Source: Octopus sinensis (Eukaryota). Taken from it: DNA of 17,866 bases. The position numbers and the translations under genes are program-made. This document shows positions 9,363 to 17,866 of the stretch, piece by piece (positions within the stretch are counted from its first letter, which is position 1; every line of letters starts with the position of its first letter). The notes beneath the pieces are model-generated. The model was given only the letters and a program-made list of their open reading frames with translations. It made no database searches and had not been told where the DNA came from. Location: the NCBI RefSeq assembly GCF_006345805.1, contig NW_021824634.1:1-17866 (forward strand). The letters are read 5' to 3'.

Positions 9363-9852
9363 GTGATGGAAATTCTAAATTGCCGCGAGCTAACGATAGA
9401 ATTTCTACATGATAATGTTACCTACTAGAAATAATAGACAAACAGTCCTTAAATCACACCCTACAGTCTTAAAAAATGCACAGATGAATACAATTCATTG
9501 GACAATGTAATCCTAGGTATAGGAGGCGCAATGGCCCAGTGGTTAGGGCAGCGGACTTGCGGTCGTAGGATCTCGGTTTCGATTCCCAGACCGGGCGTTG
9601 TGTGTGTTTATTGAGCGAAAACACCTAAAAGCTCCACGAGGCTCCGGCAGGGGATGGTGGTGATCCCTGCTGTACTCTTTCACCACTCTAAAGGCGGTGC
9701 TCCAGCATGGCCGCAGTCAAATGACTGAAACAAGTACAAAAAAAAAATATATATAATATAAAAAAACGAGGTGGTCATAGCTGGGATGTCTTTGATTGCA
9801 TATCTGCTCGACTGAATTGTTAAACGAAACAATAAAAGCAACAACAACAATT
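9363..9852 (+). mobile_element. Family-4 retroposon-like repeat with (CAA)n tail, interrupted by a SINE
   Basis: 12-bp direct repeat TCAATATCGTCC at 9351-9362 and 9853-9864 (putative TSD); (CAA)n tail; similar segments at 1700-1830, 10962-11085 and 14515-14610. Confidence 0.6.
9522..9750 (+). mobile_element. Chimeric SINE: SINE-3 tRNA head and body plus SINE-2 3' end
   Basis: A-box TGGCCCAGTGG (9532-9542), B-box GGTTTCGATTCCC (9575-9587); body matches 6556-6695; 9688-9736 is identical to 492-540; poly(A) follows. Confidence 0.85.
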
Positions 9853-10530
9853 TCAATATCGTCCTTAATCAAGGCATGAACATCACACGATCTCATTTCA
9901 TTACCAAAAAATTTTAATAGTTTGGTCTTCTATGGAAAATCAATATTCTCTTCTGTTACTCTTATATCAAATACTGTTTCTATTTAAACAACATCATAAA
10001 ACGACTCTATAGTTGCAAACATCAACAAAGTGATCACAGTTAATTATATAGCGTCTATCTGCAATACTGTTGTTTGTTGTCATTCATTTTGTTTTTCAAT
10101 CTGTCTGTGTTGTTAGTCATCTCATTTCCTCCGTCAATATTCAATTTTTTTTTTCTTTTGACAAAAGAGTCTTCCTACTTACACACCCTCCACCAAACAT
10201 TTTGCTTACTCACCAATCTACCATTTTCTCAGTAATACATCCAACAATATTCTTTATAAAATTACTGTTCTATCCTCTTTGGCAGTCGGTTACAAAATGA
10301 ACATTTGAGCAAAAAACACTCGCAAAATAGAGCTTGTACTACACATGCTCGTGATTATTTATGAACATTACTATTGCCCTTGAAAAAGTATGAACGTCAC
10401 AATTCTTCGATACCATTCTTCAACTCTATCACTTCATAACTTTGTGATATATATCTCTAACTGATGAGGGTACCTCTACTTGGCAAGACAGCCAACTGTC
10501 AAGTCTTCCAAACGTTCTTCACTTTATACC

Positions 10531-10945
10531 TATTTCTTTACTACCCACAAGGGGCTAAACACAGAGAGGACAAACAAGGACAGACAAACGGATTAAGTCG
10601 ATTATATCGACCCCAGTGCGTAACTGGTACTTATTTAATCGACCCCGAAAAGATGAAAGGCAAAGTCGACCTCGGCGGAATTTGAACTCAGAACGTAGCG
10701 GCAGACGAAATACCTATTTCTTTACTACCCACAAGGGGCTAAACACAGAGAGGACAAACAAGGACAGACAAACGGATTAAGTCGATTATATCGACCCCAG
10801 TGCGTAACTGGTACTTATTTAATCGACCCCGAAAAGATGAAAGGCAAAGTCGACCTCGGCGGAATTTGAACTCAGAACGTAGCGGCAGACGAAATACCGC
10901 CAAGCATTTCGCCCGGCGTGCTAACGTTTCCACCAGCTCGCCGCC
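10531..10945 (-). mobile_element. SINE-1 with an exact 184-bp internal tandem duplication (dimer)
   Basis: 10531-10714 equals 10715-10898; head at 10899-10945; perfect 16-bp TSD TTCTTCACTTTATACC at 10515-10530 and 10946-10961. Confidence 0.95.
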
Positions 10946-10961
10946 TTCTTCACTTTATACC

Positions 10962-11085
10962 AACCGTTAAAAAAAGGGGACACGTTAGGTAGTGTGATCC
11001 TAGGAATCTCAAAATGAATGGTCTCAGGCTTTGATTACAGATCTGTTCAATCATGGTTAACTGGTAGCCAAGCAACAATAACAAT
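10962..11085 (+). repeat. Family-4 repeat, 3' part (apparent host of the SINE-1 dimer)
   Basis: ACCGTTAAAAAAAGGGGACAC...GATCCTAGG...CTTTGATT...(CAA)-like end resembles 9460-9850. Confidence 0.45.
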
Positions 11086-11119
11086 AAAATTATTATTTTC
11101 AAACTCTTAGGATGAGAGA

Positions 11120-11245
11120 CGAAAGGGTCGTTAGAGTGAGAGGTAAAATATCTTGCGATATTTAGTTGCTTGCGTTCTGTTGCTTGTACTGGGATCAAAT
11201 TCCGACAGGTTAACTTTACCTTTTATTCTTCCGAGGTTGGAAGGA
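11120..11245 (+). mobile_element. Degenerate older SINE-1-related fragment
   Basis: CTGGGATCAAATTCCGACAGGTTAACTTTACCTTTTATTCTTCCGAGGT aligns with CTGAGTTCAAATTCCGCCGAGGTCGACTTTGCCTTTCATCCTTTCGGGGT. Confidence 0.55.
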
Positions 11246-11389
11246 TAAGGATACTTCAGCAACCACATTAATCAAATGTGCAATCCCTACATAATATGTG
11301 AACATGTGCTAGTATTAAAAATCAGTATTTCTGAATACACAATACATTTTATCCTCTTTTCCAAACAATTTAATTGAGAGCTACAACTA

Positions 11390-11573
11390 CCGTATTTGAT
11401 GGCATAAAAGACATATCGACATATTAGATGCACTCCAACTTCAACAGTGCATATTCAGGAGCAAAGACAAATTAGTTTATTAAAGTTTATAGGAGGCTCA
11501 ATTTCTCACATAGGACAGGGGTGGGGAAATTTTAAAACATTTTAAAGAGCGTTTTATATGCCATCAATTACGG
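11390..11573. mobile_element. Tc2/pogo-like (TcMar) MITE, 184 bp
   Basis: TIRs CCGTATTTGATGGCATA and reverse complement CCGTAATTGATGGCATA (16/17); TA on both sides (11388-11389, 11574-11575). CCGTA termini are typical of Tc2-type elements. Confidence 0.82.
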
Positions 11574-11676
11574 TAGTTCAGTTATTAGACGAATAGTGGA
11601 TTGCCAACTAAAAGATCAGTGCTTATTTATATTACGGTCGACACTGCACTGTGTTCATAGTGGATACACTTACTTC

Positions 11677-12438
11677 ATTCTAGCTCAGCCCACATAATTA
11701 CATACAAATACCACAGTAAAAAAAAAACCACTGTTGGCAATTCAAAATCTTCAAGTCGTGGGTTTTGTAATTTAAAAAATTGTCCCCTTTTGGTTAGTAG
11801 AACTAGAAAAAATACAAATTGGTTTCTTCATCAGTCAGCTACCAGGGTGCCATATTTTAGGAACATCATGGTATAGTGTGACATGACTGCCCCTCACATT
11901 AGCTGCAGAAGGTGATTGAACTTATGTCAATCAAGAATCGAAACCAATCTGTGATTTCGAATCGCAAAGAAATTTCTTCTTGTTCTACATTATTCCCTAC
12001 AGGACACTCTCTATGTGGTAGCTTGATCTAGATATAGTAACGAAATATTCTACAGTGAATTCTAGCTCAGCCCACATAATTACATACAAATACCACAGTA
12101 AAAAAAAAACCCACTGTTGACAATTCAAAATCTTCAAGTCGTGGGTTTTGTAATTTAAAAAATTGTCCCCTTTTGGTTAGTAGAACTAGAAAAAATACAA
12201 ATTGGTTTCTTCATCAGTCAGCTACCAGGGTGCCATATTTTAGGAACATCATGGTATAGTGTGACATGACTGCCCCTCACATTGTGCAGAAGGTGATTGA
12301 ACTTATGTCAATCAAGAATCGAAACCATCTGTGATTTCGAATCGCAAAGAAATTTCTCTGTTCTACATCATTCCCTACAGGACACTCTCTATGTGGTAGC
12401 TTGATCTAGATATAGTAACGAAATATTCTACAGTGAAT
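11677..12438. repeat. Tandem duplication, period 382 bp, two copies
   Basis: 11677-12060 vs 12059-12438: 2 substitutions and 6 single-base indels by manual comparison; 2-bp AT overlap at the junction. Confidence 0.95.
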
Positions 12439-12591
12439 AATGTAATCCAAGATAAAGTATGTGTGAAAATAACATGGAGTGGCTTGTAGATTAGCGAAAT
12501 AATTTCAGGTGTAACTCCTTTAAACAATGTTAACTATGGAACGAAATCGGAGACATAATCATAATCTTTATCCCAATGAAACAAGTTCGAG

Positions 12592-12839
12592 CTGGTGGCG
12601 AGCTGGCAGAAACGTTAGCACGCCGGGCGAAATGTTTAGCGGTATTTCGTCTGCCACTACGTTCTGAGTTCAAATTCCGCCGAGGTCGACTTTGCCTTTC
12701 ATCCTTTCGGGGTCGATTAAATAAGTACCAGTTACGCACTGGGGTCGATGTAATCGACTTAATCCCTTTGTCTGTCCTTGTTTGTCCCCTATATATTTAG
12801 CCCCTTGTGGGCAATAAAGAAATGAGAAATAAGAAATAA
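12592..12839 (+). mobile_element. SINE-1, full-length young monomer
   Basis: A-box-like TGGCAGAAACG (from 12604), B-box GAGTTCAAATTCC (12666-12678), (AGAAATA)n tail, perfect 14-bp TSD GAAACAAGTTCGAG at 12578-12591 and 12840-12853. Confidence 0.95.
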
Positions 12840-13282
12840 GAAACAAGTTCGAGTGTTACACTTTGACCACTCGTAACCACAGAACGAAATCAAAGTCATA
12901 ATCGAAATCGAAACACACGGAAATAATATTATTTAAAAGACTCTATAAATTTATGTCCCAAAATAGAAATAATAACATTTATAAGATGAGGAATATCCAC
13001 GGGTTTCGCTAGCATCAATTTACTCGTTGATCACTTCACACGTTGGTCTATTGACCGAAAAGTAGACCAGGAAGATAGATTGTGTCAAATTCGATTGCCT
13101 TTCTGGTGGTGATTTCTTCCCATTTATATACATATATTACATTGTACTAAACAGCTGAGATTGTGAGAAGTCACGTTTCATAAATCGATTTTAGTCAGTT
13201 TCAGTTTCTTGAAATAGATCGAGCAATTGATGTTTAAGGACAAAAAAAGGGGTGGGGGACAGAAAGGGAGGATGGAAAGTAG

Positions 13283-13344
13283 TATGTATGTATCTATATA
13301 TATATATTATAAAATATATATATATACATACATATATATAATAC

Positions 13345-13375
<31 letters not shown>

Positions 13376-13388
13376 CATATATATATAG

Positions 13389-13434
<46 letters not shown>

Positions 13435-13449
13435 TATATATATATATAT
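13283..13449. repeat. (TA)n microsatellite, interrupted
   Basis: Seen directly. Confidence 0.95.
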
Positions 13450-13889
13450 GAAGTTGTTGATTTAATAACACAGCTCATTGGAATCGATGGGAACATTGCA
13501 TGTTAAAATGATGGCATAAGCACTAAGCAATGGATGCTGTGTGAAATATGATTGTCTGGTTTTCGTTTAGCTATTGATAAACTGCATTGGAGGGAGGCAA
13601 AGAAACAAACACTAAATCATTACACCAATTCCAATGATGCAAAACTGCAGCAGTTCTTGGTCAAGCAACAGAGCGGAAATAACATCACTGAATGGATGGT
13701 GGCAGTGATGGTGGTTGGCGGTGGTGGTTGTGGTGGTTGTGGCGTTAGTGGTTTTTATTCAGTGTCAGAATGTGAACAATCACATGCGAAACTTATTAAA
13801 AAAAAATAAGATGTTCAGTCATGTTTTTAATGCTATCTCTTCTCGTAAATAGAATTATTTTTAACATTGACACAAGATCGCACAATTTG

Positions 13890-14256
13890 AGAAAGACGTA
13901 GTCAATAATATCGACCCCCAGGCTTGACTAGAATTTTTTTATCGGTGTATGTATGGGAAGTAAGGTTGAGTTTGGACCTAGAATGTAAAATGGGCGTAAC
14001 TAAAAAACCACAAGTTATTTTATCTACCGATGTTGCAATCTCTCGTTAACATAATGATAACAACTTCTGGTTTAGGTACAAGGCCAGCGATTTGGAGGAA
14101 AGGAACTGGTCGATCAATTCGATCCACGTACTTGAGTGACATTTGCGATATTTGCTTCAGTTCTCTGTGTTCAGAGTTTCAAACACCGACTAGGCTAACT
14201 TTGCATAACTTTTATTCGGGTCGATAAATAAAGTTCCAGTCAAACACTGACGTCGG
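13890..14256. mobile_element. Cluster of degenerate SINE-1-related fragments (minus 13890-14135, plus 14136-14256)
   Basis: GTCAATAATATCGACCCC, GTACAAGGCCAGCGATTTGGAGG...GTCGATCAATTCGATCC and TTCGGGTCGATAAATAAAGTTCCAGTC resemble SINE-1 motifs. Confidence 0.5.
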
Positions 14257-14260
14257 TTTT

Positions 14261-14326
14261 TCTTCTCTCTCTCTTCTCTCTTTCTCCCCCTCTCTCTCTC
14301 TCTTTCTCCCTCTCTCTCTCTCTCTT

Positions 14327-14359
<33 letters not shown>
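14261..14359. repeat. (CT)n microsatellite
   Basis: Seen directly; source of the ER-rich ORF 14190..14429. Confidence 0.95.
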
Positions 14360-14363
<4 letters not shown>

Positions 14364-14514
14364 CTCCTTCTGCTTCTCTAAATCTGCTGGGTGAAGGAGT
14401 AAAGAAAGAAGAGTTCTATCCACAATCACAACATTTCTCTCATCACCTTTCTGTGGGCTGGACGAGAAGTAAACAAAAATACGCCATCATGTAGCCTTTT
14501 GATAGATATTATGC

Positions 14515-14610
14515 TTGAAAAGAACCGGGGTAGCCATTGCTGGAACTTCTATGAATATAGGTCCGCTCTGATATAGCTGGTCTGATGACAAACTGATAAA
14601 CACCAACAAG
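14515..14610 (+). repeat. Family-4 repeat, 3' fragment
   Basis: GGGGTAGCCATTGCTGGAAC...ATAGGTCCGCTC...AAACACCAACAAG resembles 9765-9850. Confidence 0.35.
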
Positions 14611-14624
14611 TATGTTACTCTACG

Positions 14625-14626
<2 letters not shown>

Positions 14627-14657
<31 letters not shown>
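14627..14657. repeat. (CA)n microsatellite
   Basis: Seen directly. Confidence 0.95.
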
Positions 14658-14658
<1 letters not shown>

Positions 14659-14659
14659 C

Positions 14660-14860
14660 ATTGTCGCTAGATAATTTGTTTTGCGATATGTATATCTTCC
14701 GGCACTTTACGCTCAGGGTTCAAATCTTTCTGAAGTTAATTTTGCCGCTACTTTCTGGGCTGCTGGTTTCAATATAGTAACAATCAAGTACTGGCATCGA
14801 TTTAATCGACTAATCTTCTCTACAAAATTTCAGGCCTTTCTGTCTATGCTAGAAACAGCT
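14660..14860 (+). mobile_element. Degenerate older SINE-1-related copy with tail-2
   Basis: TTTACGCTCAGGGTTCAAATC, ACTGGCATCGATTTAATCGACT and AAAATTTCAGGCCTT occur in the expected order. Confidence 0.55.
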
Positions 14861-15086
14861 ACTTTTTATTTCATTTTTTTTTTTTGGTCAAAGTTCAATT
14901 CATATAGGAATTTATTGCTAACGTTGGTAAAATTAAGTACCAGTTATATATTACGTATTTGATTTAATCAGCTATGTATTTTCTATATGAAAACTGGTCT
15001 CCTGTTTTAGTCAAAGGAAATCAATATTTATGCATAAGAAGGTGAAGATTCTCAATGGTTAGTATAAGAATACTGGAGGCGCAGAC

Positions 15087-15180
15087 GGAGGAAAGAAAGA
15101 AAGGGAGGAGGAGGAGGAGGAGGAAGATGTGGTGGTGGAGGAAGGAGGAGGAGGAGGAGGAAGACGAAGAGGAGGGCGAG
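15087..15180. repeat. (GAG/GGA)n purine-rich low-complexity tract
   Basis: Seen directly. Confidence 0.85.
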
Positions 15181-15774
15181 ATGGGGACGGGGTAGCAGTT
15201 TAGTCAATCCTGGCAGAGTCTTTGTTCCAAATATATTTATTTTTCCTAGCTATAATGTTGTCGATATAACAGAGAATGTGGAAACATGTGCTGGTCTGTT
15301 CTCTTCATTCGGTCAATCTCGCATCTCACATAGTCTGACCAAAATTTTCCTGACTTACTTTAATCAATACGACACAGCAGTATAGTCATTATATTGATAT
15401 CTTATCCGTTTGGCCGCCGCATTCATTCGTCTCCTTCGACCAGTTTTCCGTTTGTCTATCAATCAATTCCTTCGCGATTCTCGCCTAACGTAGTACCTCG
15501 CCTTCACCATCACCATCGTCACCTCCTTCTTTCTTTTCTTGCTTTCTTTTCTTTCATTTCTTTCTTTATTCTTCCAAATATTTTCACATTTCCCCCCGCT
15601 TGTGTGTGCATGTATGCGTGTTCCAAAATATATGAATTACGAGTATTAAGAGTTGAAACTAGACTGTTATGTATGTGCTTCTGTAACTTTGTACATACAC
15701 ACTTCTGTATGTGTGCTTCTGCACAAATATGTATGTATGTACGCATGTATGTATGTATGAATGTATGCATGTAT

Positions 15775-16000
15775 GTATGTGGAAGAGAGTGTAATTGGCA
15801 GGAGGACTTAAACGACATGCAAAGGTACGTGAAGCCCAGTTACAACTACAGCCGGCTATTACAGGTAAAGGTATTAGTTGCCAATTCTGTACAAGACATT
15901 GTAGATCTTTAGCTGGGCTAAAAAGTCACATTCGATCACAGCACCAATGGCAGTTAAGCTTCGTGCAATGGCCATACTCAATAATGAGGGGGCAGCCATA
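15775..16000 (+). mobile_element. 3' end of an RTE-like LINE with two tandem C2H2-type zinc-finger remnants
   Basis: VCGREC[frameshift]LAGGLKRHAKVR...CQFCTRHCRSLAGLKSHIRSQH (C-x2-C-x12-H-x4-H); the extra Cys and GLxSH match the RTE ORF C-terminus pattern CxxCxRxCxSxxGLxSH; short 3' region then a tandem-repeat tail. Confidence 0.65.
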
Positions 16001-16019
16001 ATGTATATATGTATGTATG

Positions 16020-16053
<34 letters not shown>

Positions 16054-16580
16054 TGTATGTTTGTATGTATGCATGTATGTATGTATGTATGTATGTATTA
16101 TGTATGTATGTATGTATGCATGTATGTATGTATGTATGTATATATGTATGTATGTTTGTATGTATGTATGTTTGTATGTATGTATGTATATATGTATATA
16201 TGTATGTTGCATGTATGTATGTATGTATGTATTATGTATATATGTATATATGTATGTATGTATATATGTATGTATGTATGCATGTATGTATGTATGTATG
16301 TATGTATGTATGTATGTATGCATGTATGTATGTATGTATGTATTATGTATGTATGTATGTATGTTTGTATGTATGTATGTATGTATATATGTATGTTTGT
16401 ATGTATCTATATGTGTATGTATTATGTATATATGTATGTTTGTATGTATGTATGTATGTATGTATGTATGTTTGTTTGTATGTATGTATGTATGTTTGTA
16501 TGTATGTTTGTATGTATGTATGTATGTATGTATGTATGTATGTATGTATGTATGTATGTATGTTGTATTATGTATGTATG
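16001..16580. repeat. Long (TATG)n tetranucleotide array with variant units
   Basis: Seen directly; variants TATA, TTTG, CATG, TAT; source of all MYVC/HTYI ORFs. Confidence 0.97.
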
Positions 16581-16936
16581 CAAGTATGAATGCCATTGCA
16601 TGCTTAGATTTATATACTTTCTCTTATACAAGTGAAGATATGAATATGTTTGTACGAAGTCTGTTTCAAAAGATTTAAGTCAAAAATATTTAACGACGTC
16701 AACAGCAGAAACGTGCTTTCGTTTTGCTCAATTTTTTAGTCAGATTCAAACACGTTTGCGTAACCTTCGTATATCTGCAGTGTGTATGCAGATATGCACT
16801 TGCTACAAACTTAATGCCTGCCTATGTACGTATGCTGTGTTATTTCTCAAAATATCTCTCCAAAGGAGAGCCTCTTTCTAATTTCGAACCTAGGCTTTCA
16901 CTGGAATTTATGCACAGACTAGCTAATCATGAATGG

Positions 16937-16970
<34 letters not shown>

Positions 16971-16994
16971 TGTATGTATGTATGTATGTATGTA
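16937..16994. repeat. (TATG)n microsatellite
   Basis: Seen directly. Confidence 0.95.
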
Positions 16995-17096
16995 TTATAC
17001 ACATATGTAGGTAGGTAGATGAGAAAATGGACATGTGTGTATGTACTCATGCGTGCTGAGCTGTATATTCATTCTATATATCTATATATTTAGATA

Positions 17097-17599
17097 CCAT
17101 AAATCCTCGAGTATAATCCGCATTTTTTCCCAAAATTTAAAGGTCAAAATCCCTCGTGTGTACTATATACGAGGTTAAAAAGGAAAAATTATTCTAAAGC
17201 AATGTTAGAGTCCTATTTGCTGTCCGCAATGTTTATTCAGAACATTTTGTGATGTCGGGTGCGAAAATACCTTAGGCTAAGCCTGAAAGCAATGAAGTCA
17301 CAAAAGAATATCCATAACTTGCAGTAAGCAACATTTATTAAACGTTTATTATGTTATTTTATTTTCTGCAAACAAAAATGCACAAAAACGCTACACGTTT
17401 GCATTATGTTATATATATTAATAATAATAAAGGACGTTACCGTATACAGTTTTACAAACCAGGATTTAATAGACCTCCTTGACTCAAGTTAGAGAAGGGG
17501 TGGCGTATTATACACAAGTTTAGGTTTTTCAGAGGTACAGCCCCACAAAGATCCCCTGCGTATTACACCAAGGGGCGGACTATACTCGAGGATTGACGG
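17097..17599. mobile_element. Tc2/pogo-like (TcMar) non-autonomous element, 503 bp
   Basis: 25-bp TIRs CCATAAATCCTCGAGTATAATCCGC and reverse complement CCGTCAATCCTCGAGTATAGTCCGC (22/25); TA at 17095-17096 and 17600-17601; subterminal GCGTATTA(T)AC-like motifs; no transposase ORF. Confidence 0.88.
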
Positions 17600-17866
17600 T
17601 ATCTTTGCATATTAATAAATGTATGCTCTAAATACTTATTACTGGCTAAACTCCTGACATGTTCAGCATACTTTCACAATTGCTCTTTTTTAATTAGCTG
17701 TCCCTACGATCTTTCTAGTTTTGTGAAGTCCTGCTTCTTTAGATTACATTAGATTCTTTAGATATAAAACGAATTATATAATCTGAGTGAAATAAAAAAC
17801 AGATTTATCAATAGTTCTACTGAAAAGTTTTCTGTTTTTACCAATACTAACAGTATCGCCCGGCGT

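Noticed and set aside
9522-9595. Possible tRNA gene
   Set aside because: A and B boxes are present, but the acceptor and anticodon stems do not pair properly and the sequence continues into a SINE body.
10531-10898. CRISPR-like or satellite array
   Set aside because: Only two 184-bp units, no spacers, eukaryotic SINE sequence within a TSD.
10464-12800. Near-identical peptides in ORFs 10464-10685, 10739-10933, 12530-12739 and 12576-12800, suggesting a small gene family
   Set aside because: They are chance frames of SINE-1 copies, which are non-coding Pol III elements.
13552-13809. 85-aa ORF with a Gly/Val-rich end
   Set aside because: Driven by a (GGT)n low-complexity tract; no homology or splice support visible.
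15394-15912. 172-aa ORF with a His run
   Set aside because: Spans pyrimidine-rich low-complexity DNA, TATG repeats and the LINE fragment; composite and not gene-like.
15795-16001. Host C2H2 zinc-finger gene (a family expanded in octopus)
   Set aside because: No TGEKP linker, a frameshift in finger 1, only two fingers, an RTE-style CxxCxxxC/GLxSH signature and a repeat tail; a LINE terminus is more parsimonious.
15874-16678. Long ORFs of 190-243 aa (MYVC/HTYI repeats)
   Set aside because: Pure translations of the (TATG)n array, open in several frames on both strands; no coding signal.

Overview
AT-rich, repeat-dense eukaryotic DNA with no confidently identifiable host gene, probably intronic or intergenic. 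The SINE families look like those of octopus genomes; this is inference from recalled family structure, not a database match. Contents: many tRNA-derived SINEs of at least three families (working names SINE-1, SINE-2 [CORE-type], SINE-3); a recurring (CAA)n-tailed repeat (family-4); two decayed L1/Tx1-clade LINE ORF2 fragments arranged head-to-head; the 3' end of an RTE-like LINE; four non-autonomous DNA transposons (one mariner, two Tc2/pogo-like, one hAT-like); a 382-bp tandem duplication; and many microsatellites. Almost all ORFs in the supplied track are artefacts of (CA/TG)n or (TATG)n repeats or of SINE sequence. I see no evidence for a novel gene system. The most interesting signals concern retroelement mechanics: an exact SINE dimer inside one TSD with a recurrent junction, a chimeric SINE, an in-frame EN-RT deletion at a palindrome, and palindromic MITE target sites.
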